Assembly (NCBI GenBank): GCA_964016885.1
Contig: OZ024741.1
Location: 244,838,001 to 244,902,000, forward strand
DNA from: Eledone cirrhosa
Lineage: Eukaryota
DNA: 64,000 nucleotides
Reading direction: 5' to 3'
Shown here: positions 1 through 10,442 of the stretch, piece by piece
Layout: each line of letters begins with the position of its first letter
Numbering within the stretch: the first letter of the stretch is position 1
Program-made: the position numbers and the translations under genes
Notes under the pieces: model-generated
Database searches by the model: none
What the model was told of the DNA's origin: nothing
What the model saw: only the letters and a program-made list of their open reading frames with translations

Positions 1-227
1 CATTTTTGGATTCGTTTTCTTCGAAGCACACCATTCGCCGGCGGACTTTGTTGACGTTTAACACGGTTTGGTTCCACAGCCACAACTATTGATTTTACGG
101 AGATATCTTGCTGAAATTCACGACACACATAGCCAATGTGAGTCTGCACATGTACCAGTAATTACAGATCGATCCGACCACGGGCGGCCGGCCCGCGATT
201 GAAAAGGTAAATCCGCCGGCTAATCGT
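1..227 (+). repeat. Representative monomer (type A)
   Basis: Hand count: 109/227 GC (48%) and 19 CpG. Recurrent variable positions: 56 G/A, 65 G/C/A, 123 C/A, 139 A/T/G, 141 T/A, 142 G/A, 180 A/G, 201 G/A, 212 T/A, 224 T/C, 225 C/A/T. Confidence 0.97.
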
Positions 228-275
228 CATTTTTGGATTCGTTTTCTTCGAAGCACACCATTCGCCGGCGGACTT
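209..275. repeat. 16-bp imperfect inverted repeat spanning each monomer junction (35-nt spacer)
   Basis: AAATCCGCCGGCTAAT (209-224) has reverse complement ATTAGCCGGCGGATTT, which matches ATTCGCCGGCGGACTT (260-275, monomer positions 33-48) at 14/16. It recurs at every junction, with 1 extra mismatch in L or G types. Confidence 0.9.
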
Positions 276-405
276 TGTTGACGTTTAACACGGTTTGGTT
301 CCACAGCCACAACTATTGATTTTACGGAGATATCTTGCTGAAATTCACGCCACACATAGCCAATGAGTATCTGCACTTGTACCAGTAATTACAGATCGAT
401 CCGAC

Positions 406-424
406 CGCGGGCGGCCGGCCCGCG
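406..424. other. GC-rich hairpin CGCGGGC-GGCCG-GCCCGCG (monomer positions 179-197)
   Basis: Perfect 7-bp stem in G180 monomers such as copy 2, reduced to a 5-bp core in A180 monomers. It contains EagI (CGGCCG) and FseI (GGCCGGCC) sites. Confidence 0.85.
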
Positions 425-3400
425 ATTAAAAAGGTAAATCCGCCGGCTAATCGTCATTTTTGGATTCGTTTTCTTCGAAGCACACCATTCGCCGGCGGAC
501 TTTGTTGACGTTTAACACCGTTTGGTTCCACAGCCACAACTATTGATTTTACGGAGATATCTTGCTGAAATTCACGCCACACATAGCCAATGAGTGTCTG
601 CACATGTACCAGTAATTACAGATCGATCCGACCACGGGCGGCCGGCCCGCGATTGAAAAGGTAAATCCGCCGGCTAATCGTCATTTTTGGATTCGTTTTC
701 TTCGAAGCACACCATTCGCCGGCGGACTTTGTTGACGTTTAACACGGTTTGGTTCCACAGCCACAACTATTGATTTTACGGGGATATCTTGCTGAAATTC
801 ACGCCACACATAGCCAATGAGTTTCTGCACATGTACCAGTAATTACAGATCGATCCGACCGCGGGCGGCCGGCCCGCGATTGAAAAGGTAAATCCGCCGG
901 CTAATAGTCATTTTTGGATTCGTTTTCTTCGAAGCACACCATTCGCCGGCGGACTTTGTTGACGTTTAACACGGTTTGGTTCCACAGCCACAACTATTGA
1001 TTTTACGGAGATATCTTGCTGAAATTCACGACACACATAGCCAATGTGAGTCTGCACATGTACCAGTAATTACAGATCGATCCGACCACGGGCGGCCGGC
1101 CCGCGATTGAAAAGGTAAATCCGCCGGCTAATCGTCATTTTTGGATTCGTTTTCTTCGAAGCACACCATTCGCCGGCGGACTTTGTTGACATTTAACACG
1201 GTTTGGTTCCACAGCCACAACTATTGATTTTACGGAGATATCTTGCTGAAATTCACGCCACACATAGCCAATGAGTGTCTGCACATGTACCAGTAATTAC
1301 AGATCGATCCGACCGCGGGCGGCCGGCCCGCGATTAAAAAGGTAAATCCGCCGGCTAATCGTCATTTTTGGATTCGTTTTCTTCGAAGCACACCATTCGC
1401 CGGCGGACTTTGTTGACGTTTAACACCGTTTGGTTCCACAGCCACAACTATTGATTTTACGGAGATATCTTGCTGAAATTCACGACACACATAGCCAATG
1501 TGAGTCTGCACATGTACCAGTAATTACAGATCGATCCGACCACGGGCGGCCGGCCCGCGATTGAAAAGGTAAATCCGCCGGCTAATCGTCATTTTTGGAT
1601 TCGTTTTCTTCGAAGCACACCATTCGCCGGCGGACTTTGTTGACATTTAACACGGTTTGGTTCCACAGCCACAACTATTGATTTTACGGAGATATCTTGC
1701 TGAAATTCACGACACACATAGCCAATGTGAGTCTGCACATGTACCAGTAATTACAGATCGATCCGACCACGGGCGGCCGGCCCGCGATTGAAAAGGTAAA
1801 TCCGCCGGCTAATCGTCATTTTTGGATTCGTTTTCTTCGAAGCACACCATTCGCCGGCGGACTTTGTTGACGTTTAACACGGTTTGGTTCCACAGCCACA
1901 ACTATTGATTTTACGGAGATATCTTGCTGAAATTCACGCCACACATAGCCAATGAGTATCTGCACATGTACCAGTAATTACAGATCGATCCGACCGCGGG
2001 CGGCCGGCCCGCGATTAAAAAGGTAAAACCGCCGGCTAATTGTCATTTTTGGATTCGTTTTCTTCGAAGCACACCATTCGCCGGCGGACTTTGTTGACGT
2101 TTAACACGGTTTGGTTCCACAGCCACAACTATTGATTTTACGGAGATATCTTGCTGAAATTCACGACACACATAGCCAATGTGAGTCTGCACATGTACCA
2201 GTAATTACAGATCGATCCGACCACGGGCGGCCGGCCCGCGATTGAAAAGGTAAATCCGCCGGCTAATCGTCATTTTTGGATTCGTTTTCTTCGAAGCACA
2301 CCATTCGCCGGCGGACTTTGTTGACATTTAACACGGTTTGGTTCCACAGCCACAACTATTGATTTTACGGAGATATCTTGCTGAAATTCACGCCACACAT
2401 AGCCAATGAGTATCTGCACATGTACCAGTAATTACAGATCGATCCGACCGCGGGCGGCCGGCCCGCGATTAAAAAGGTAAATCCGCCGGCTAATCGTCAT
2501 TTTTGGATTCGTTTTCTTCGAAGCACACCATTCGCCGGCGGACTTTGTTGACGTTTAACACCGTTTGGTTCCACAGCCACAACTATTGATTTTACGGAGA
2601 TATCTTGCTGAAATTCACGCCACACATAGCCAATGGGTGTCTGCACATGTACCAGTAATTACAGATCGATCCGACCACGGGCGGCCGGCCCGCGATTGAA
2701 AAGGTAAATCCGCCGGCTAACCGTCATTTTTGGATTCGTTTTCTTCGAAGCACACCATTCGCCGGCGGACTTTGTTGACGTTTAACACGGTTTGGTTCCA
2801 CAGCCACAACTATTGATTTTACGGAGATATCTTGCTGAAATTCACGCCACACATAGCCAATGAGTGTCTGCACATGTACCAGTAATTACAGATCGATCCG
2901 ACCGCGGGCGGCCGGCCCGCGATTGAAAAGGTAAATCCGCCGGCTAATAGTCATTTTTGGATTCGTTTTCTTCGAAGCACACCATTCGCCGGCGGACTTT
3001 GTTGACGTTTAACACGGTTTGGTTCCACAGCCACAACTATTGATTTTACGGAGATATCTTGCTGAAATTCACGCCACACATAGCCAATGAGTATCTGCAC
3101 ATGTACCAGTAATTACAGATCGATCCGACCGCGGGCGGCCGGCCCGCGATTAAAAAGGTAAATCCGCCGGCTAATCGTCATTTTTGGATTCGTTTTCTTC
3201 GAAGCACACCATTCGCCGGCGGACTTTGTTGACGTTTAACACCGTTTGGTTCCACAGCCACAACTATTGATTTTACGGAGATATCTTGCTGAAATTCACG
3301 CCACACATAGCCAATGAGTGTCTGCACATGTACCAGTAATTACAGATCGATCCGACCACGGGCGGCCGGCCCGCGATTGAAAAGGTAAATCCGCCGGCTA

Positions 3401-3632
3401 ATCGTCATTTTTGGATTCGTTTTCTTCGAAGCACACCATTCGCCGGCGGACTTTGTTGACGTTTAACACGGTTTGGTTCCACAGCCACAACTATTGATTT
3501 TACGGAGATATCTTGCTGAAATTCACGCCACACATAGCCAATGAGTATCTGCACATGTACCAGTAATTACAGATCGATCCGACCGCGGGCGGCCGGCCCG
3601 CGATTGAAAAGGTAAATCCGCCGGCTAATCGT

Positions 3633-5448
3633 CATTTTTGGATTCGTTTTCTTCGAAGCACACCATTCGCCGGCGGACTTTGTTGACGTTTAACACGGTT
3701 TGGTTCCACAGCCACAACTATTGATTTTACGGAGATATCTTGCTGAAATTCACGACACACATAGCCAATGTGAGTCTGCACATGTACCAGTAATTACAGA
3801 TCGATCCGACCACGGGCGGCCGGCCCGCGATTGAAAAGGTAAATCCGCCGGCTAATCGTCATTTTTGGATTCGTTTTCTTCGAAGCACACCATTCGCCGG
3901 CGGACTTTGTTGACATTTAACACGGTTTGGTTCCACAGCCACAACTATTGATTTTACGGAGATATCTTGCTGAAATTCACGCCACACATAGCCAATGAGT
4001 GTCTGCACATGTACCAGTAATTACAGATCGATCCGACCGCGGGCGGCCGGCCCGCGATTAAAAAGGTAAATCCGCCGGCTAATCGTCATTTTTGGATTCG
4101 TTTTCTTCGAAGCACACCATTCGCCGGCGGACTTTGTTGACGTTTAACACCGTTTGGTTCCACAGCCACAACTATTGATTTTACGGAGATATCTTGCTGA
4201 AATTCACGCCACACATAGCCAATGGGTGTCTGCACATGTACCAGTAATTACAGATCGATCCGACCACGGGCGGCCGGCCCGCGATTGAAAAGGTAAATCC
4301 GCCGGCTAACCGTCATTTTTGGATTCGTTTTCTTCGAAGCACACCATTCGCCGGCGGACTTTGTTGACGTTTAACACGGTTTGGTTCCACAGCCACAACT
4401 ATTGATTTTACGGAGATATCTTGCTGAAATTCACGCCACACATAGCCAATGAGTATCTGCACATGTACCAGTAATTACAGATCGATCCGACCGCGGGCGG
4501 CCGGCCCGCGATTAAAAAGGTAAAACCGCCGGCTAATTGTCATTTTTGGATTCGTTTTCTTCGAAGCACACCATTCGCCGGCGGACTTTGTTGACGTTTA
4601 ACACGGTTTGGTTCCACAGCCACAACTATTGATTTTACGGAGATATCTTGCTGAAATTCACGACACACATAGCCAATGTGAGTCTGCACATGTACCAGTA
4701 ATTACAGATCGATCCGACCACGGGCGGCCGGCCCGCGATTGAAAAGGTAAATCCGCCGGCTAATCGTCATTTTTGGATTCGTTTTCTTCGAAGCACACCA
4801 TTCGCCGGCGGACTTTGTTGACATTTAACACGGTTTGGTTCCACAGCCACAACTATTGATTTTACGGAGATATCTTGCTGAAATTCACGCCACACATAGC
4901 CAATGAGTGTCTGCACATGTACCAGTAATTACAGATCGATCCGACCGCGGGCGGCCGGCCCGCGATTAAAAAGGTAAATCCGCCGGCTAATCGTCATTTT
5001 TGGATTCGTTTTCTTCGAAGCACACCATTCGCCGGCGGACTTTGTTGACGTTTAACACCGTTTGGTTCCACAGCCACAACTATTGATTTTACGGAGATAT
5101 CTTGCTGAAATTCACGCCACACATAGCCAATGGGTGTCTGCACATGTACCAGTAATTACAGATCGATCCGACCACGGGCGGCCGGCCCGCGATTGAAAAG
5201 GTAAATCCGCCGGCTAACCGTCATTTTTGGATTCGTTTTCTTCGAAGCACACCATTCGCCGGCGGACTTTGTTGACGTTTAACACGGTTTGGTTCCACAG
5301 CCACAACTATTGATTTTACGGAGATATCTTGCTGAAATTCACGCCACACATAGCCAATGAGTATCTGCACATGTACCAGTAATTACAGATCGATCCGACC
5401 GCGGGCGGCCGGCCCGCGATTAAAAAGGTAAAACCGCCGGCTAATTGT
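3633..5448 (+). repeat. 4-mer higher-order duplication (908 bp x2)
   Basis: Copies 17-20 and 21-24 share the type string A,iE,cG,L. Confidence 0.8.
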
Positions 5449-8400
5449 CATTTTTGGATTCGTTTTCTTCGAAGCACACCATTCGCCGGCGGACTTTGTT
5501 GACGTTTAACACGGTTTGGTTCCACAGCCACAACTATTGATTTTACGGAGATATCTTGCTGAAATTCACGACACACATAGCCAATGTGAGTCTGCACATG
5601 TACCAGTAATTACAGATCGATCCGACCACGGGCGGCCGGCCCGCGATTGAAAAGGTAAATCCGCCGGCTAATCGTCATTTTTGGATTCGTTTTCTTCGAA
5701 GCACACCATTCGCCGGCGGACTTTGTTGACATTTAACACGGTTTGGTTCCACAGCCACAACTATTGATTTTACGGAGATATCTTGCTGAAATTCACGCCA
5801 CACATAGCCAATGAGTATCTGCACATGTACCAGTAATTACAGATCGATCCGACCGCGGGCGGCCGGCCCGCGATTGAAAAGGTAAATCCGCCGGCTAATC
5901 GTCATTTTTGGATTCGTTTTCTTCGAAGCACACCATTCGCCGGCGGACTTTGTTGACGTTTAACACAGTTTGGTTCCACAGCCACAACTATTGATTTTAC
6001 GGAGATATCTTGCTGAAATTCACGACACACATAGCCAATGTGAGTCTGCACATGTACCAGTAATTACAGATCGATCCGACCACGGGCGGCCGGCCCGCGA
6101 TTGAAAAGGTAAATCCGCCGGCTAATCGTCATTTTTGGATTCGTTTTCTTCGAAGCACACCATTCGCCGGCGGACTTTGTTGACATTTAACACGGTTTGG
6201 TTCCACAGCCACAACTATTGATTTTACGGAGATATCTTGCTGAAATTCACGACACACATAGCCAATGTGAGTCTGCACATGTACCAGTAATTACAGATCG
6301 ATCCGACCACGGGCGGCCGGCCCGCGATTGAAAAGGTAAATCCGCCGGCTAATCGTCATTTTTGGATTCGTTTTCTTCGAAGCACACCATTCGCCGGCGG
6401 ACTTTGTTGACGTTTAACACGGTTTGGTTCCACAGCCACAACTATTGATTTTACGGAGATATCTTGCTGAAATTCACGCCACACATAGCCAATGAGTATC
6501 TGCACATGTACCAGTAATTACAGATCGATCCGACCGCGGGCGGCCGGCCCGCGATTAAAAAGGTAAAACCGCCGGCTAATTGTCATTTTTGGATTCGTTT
6601 TCTTCGAAGCACACCATTCGCCGGCGGACTTTGTTGACGTTTAACACGGTTTGGTTCCACAGCCACAACTATTGATTTTACGGAGATATCTTGCTGAAAT
6701 TCACGACACACATAGCCAATGTGAGTCTGCACATGTACCAGTAATTACAGATCGATCCGACCACGGGCGGCCGGCCCGCGATTGAAAAGGTAAATCCGCC
6801 GGCTAATCGTCATTTTTGGATTCGTTTTCTTCGAAGCACACCATTCGCCGGCGGACTTTGTTGACATTTAACACGGTTTGGTTCCACAGCCACAACTATT
6901 GATTTTACGGAGATATCTTGCTGAAATTCACGCCACACATAGCCAATGAGTATCTGCACATGTACCAGTAATTACAGATCGATCCGACCGCAGGCGGCCG
7001 GCCCGCGATTAAAAAGGTAAATCCGCCGGCTAATCGTCATTTTTGGATTCGTTTTCTTCGAAGCACACCATTCGCCGGCGGACTTTGTTGACGTTTAACA
7101 CCGTTTGGTTCCACAGCCACAACTATTGATTTTACGGAGATATCTTGCTGAAATTCACGCCACACATAGCCAATGGGTGTCTGCACATGTACCAGTAATT
7201 ACAGATCGATCCGACCACGGGCGGCCGGCCCGCGATTGAAAAGGTAAATCCGCCGGCTAACCGTCATTTTTGGATTCGTTTTCTTCGAAGCACACCATTC
7301 GCCGGCGGACTTTGTTGACGTTTAACACGGTTTGGTTCCACAGCCACAACTATTGATTTTACGGAGATATCTTGCTGAAATTCACGCCACACATAGCCAA
7401 TGAGTGTCTGCACATGTACCAGTAATTACAGATCGATCCGACCACGGGCGGCCGGCCCGCGATTGAAAAGGTAAATCCGCCGGCTAATCGTCATTTTTGG
7501 ATTCGTTTTCTTCGAAGCACACCATTCGCCGGCGGACTTTGTTGACATTTAACACGGTTTGGTTCCACAGCCACAACTATTGATTTTACGGAGATATCTT
7601 GCTGAAATTCACGCCACACATAGCCAATGAGTATCTGCACATGTACCAGTAATTACAGATCGATCCGACCGCGGGCGGCCGGCCCGCGATTAAAAAGGTA
7701 AATCCGCCGGCTAATCGTCATTTTTGGATTCGTTTTCTTCGAAGCACACCATTCGCCGGCGGACTTTGTTGACGTTTAACACCGTTTGGTTCCACAGCCA
7801 CAACTATTGATTTTACGGAGATATCTTGCTGAAATTCACGCCACACATAGCCAATGGGTGTCTGCACATGTACCAGTAATTACAGATCGATCCGACCACG
7901 GGCGGCCGGCCCGCGATTGAAAAGGTAAATCCGCCGGCTAACCGTCATTTTTGGATTCGTTTTCTTCGAAGCACACCATTCGCCGGCGGACTTTGTTGAC
8001 GTTTAACACGGTTTGGTTCCACAGCCACAACTATTGATTTTACGGAGATATCTTGCTGAAATTCACGCCACACATAGCCAATGAGTATCTGCACATGTAC
8101 CAGTAATTACAGATCGATCCGACCGCGGGCGGCCGGCCCGCGATTAAAAAGGTAAAACCGCCGGCTAATTGTCATTTTTGGATTCGTTTTCTTCGAAGCA
8201 CACCATTCGCCGGCGGACTTTGTTGACGTTTAACACGGTTTGGTTCCACAGCCACAACTATTGATTTTACGGAGATATCTTGCTGAAATTCACGACACAC
8301 ATAGCCAATGTGAGTCTGCACATGTACCAGTAATTACAGATCGATCCGACCACGGGCGGCCGGCCCGCGATTGAAAAGGTAAATCCGCCGGCTAATCGTC

Positions 8401-10442
8401 ATTTTTGGATTCGTTTTCTTCGAAGCACACCATTCGCCGGCGGACTTTGTTGACATTTAACACGGTTTGGTTCCACAGCCACAACTATTGATTTTACGGA
8501 GATATCTTGCTGAAATTCACGCCACACATAGCCAATGAGTATCTGCACATGTACCAGTAATTACAGATCGATCCGACCGCGGGCGGCCGGCCCGCGATTG
8601 AAAAGGTAAATCCGCCGGCTAATCGTCATTTTTGGATTCGTTTTCTTCGAAGCACACCATTCGCCGGCGGACTTTGTTGACGTTTAACACAGTTTGGTTC
8701 CACAGCCACAACTATTGATTTTACGGAGATATCTTGCTGAAATTCACGACACACATAGCCAATGTGAGTCTGCACATGTACCAGTAATTACAGATCGATC
8801 CGACCACGGGCGGCCGGCCCGCGATTGAAAAGGTAAATCCGCCGGCTAATCGTCATTTTTGGATTCGTTTTCTTCGAAGCACACCATTCGCCGGCGGACT
8901 TTGTTGACATTTAACACGGTTTGGTTCCACAGCCACAACTATTGATTTTACGGAGATATCTTGCTGAAATTCACGACACACATAGCCAATGTGAGTCTGC
9001 ACATGTACCAGTAATTACAGATCGATCCGACCACGGGCGGCCGGCCCGCGATTGAAAAGGTAAATCCGCCGGCTAATCGTCATTTTTGGATTCGTTTTCT
9101 TCGAAGCACACCATTCGCCGGCGGACTTTGTTGACGTTTAACACGGTTTGGTTCCACAGCCACAACTATTGATTTTACGGAGATATCTTGCTGAAATTCA
9201 CGCCACACATAGCCAATGAGTATCTGCACATGTACCAGTAATTACAGATCGATCCGACCGCGGGCGGCCGGCCCGCGATTAAAAAGGTAAAACCGCCGGC
9301 TAATTGTCATTTTTGGATTCGTTTTCTTCGAAGCACACCATTCGCCGGCGGACTTTGTTGACGTTTAACACGGTTTGGTTCCACAGCCACAACTATTGAT
9401 TTTACGGAGATATCTTGCTGAAATTCACGACACACATAGCCAATGTGAGTCTGCACATGTACCAGTAATTACAGATCGATCCGACCACGGGCGGCCGGCC
9501 CGCGATTGAAAAGGTAAATCCGCCGGCTAATCGTCATTTTTGGATTCGTTTTCTTCGAAGCACACCATTCGCCGGCGGACTTTGTTGACATTTAACACGG
9601 TTTGGTTCCACAGCCACAACTATTGATTTTACGGAGATATCTTGCTGAAATTCACGCCACACATAGCCAATGAGTATCTGCACATGTACCAGTAATTACA
9701 GATCGATCCGACCGCAGGCGGCCGGCCCGCGATTAAAAAGGTAAATCCGCCGGCTAATCGTCATTTTTGGATTCGTTTTCTTCGAAGCACACCATTCGCC
9801 GGCGGACTTTGTTGACGTTTAACACCGTTTGGTTCCACAGCCACAACTATTGATTTTACGGAGATATCTTGCTGAAATTCACGCCACACATAGCCAATGG
9901 GTGTCTGCACATGTACCAGTAATTACAGATCGATCCGACCACGGGCGGCCGGCCCGCGATTGAAAAGGTAAATCCGCCGGCTAACCGTCATTTTTGGATT
10001 CGTTTTCTTCGAAGCACACCATTCGCCGGCGGACTTTGTTGACGTTTAACACGGTTTGGTTCCACAGCCACAACTATTGATTTTACGGAGATATCTTGCT
10101 GAAATTCACGCCACACATAGCCAATGAGTGTCTGCACATGTACCAGTAATTACAGATCGATCCGACCACGGGCGGCCGGCCCGCGATTGAAAAGGTAAAT
10201 CCGCCGGCTAATCGTCATTTTTGGATTCGTTTTCTTCGAAGCACACCATTCGCCGGCGGACTTTGTTGACATTTAACACGGTTTGGTTCCACAGCCACAA
10301 CTATTGATTTTACGGAGATATCTTGCTGAAATTCACGCCACACATAGCCAATGAGTATCTGCACATGTACCAGTAATTACAGATCGATCCGACCGCGGGC
10401 GGCCGGCCCGCGATTAAAAAGGTAAATCCGCCGGCTAATCGT
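4995..10442 (+). repeat. 12-mer higher-order repeat (2724 bp x2)
   Basis: Copies 23-34 match copies 35-46. The rare markers G65A (5967, 8691) and G182A (6992, 9716) are each exactly 2724 bp apart. Confidence 0.9.

Noticed and set aside
10-35. CENP-B box (TTCGNNNNANNCGGG)
   Set aside because: The best matches, TTCGTTTTCTTCGAA and TTCGAAGCACACCAT, reach only 6 of 9 essential bases.
111-120. Hammerhead ribozyme, as found in newt, cricket and schistosome satellites
   Set aside because: CTGAAAT does not fit the CTGANGA core, and I found no such core on either strand.
133-137. CCAAT box promoter element
   Set aside because: A 5-mer is expected by chance and there is no downstream gene.
113-201. 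Fungal RIP signature (TpG>TpA at 113, 142, 201)
   Set aside because: Only three sites are involved. The array remains 48% GC and nearly identical between copies, unlike RIP-degraded repeats.
186-226. HDV-like ribozyme: GGCCGGC...GCCGGCT matches the HDV genomic P1 arms at similar spacing
   Set aside because: The P3/L3 sequence (UCCUCGC-like) and the GG after P1 that forms P1.1 are absent. The match is explained by the repeated palindrome GCCGGC.
179-234. Rho-independent terminator
   Set aside because: There is no gene context, and the GC hairpin is not directly followed by a convincing U tract on either strand.
130-254. tRNA/SINE Pol III A box (TAGCCAATG) and B box (CTTCGAAGC)
   Set aside because: Both are mismatched to consensus, they lie about 116 bp apart, and no cloverleaf is evident.
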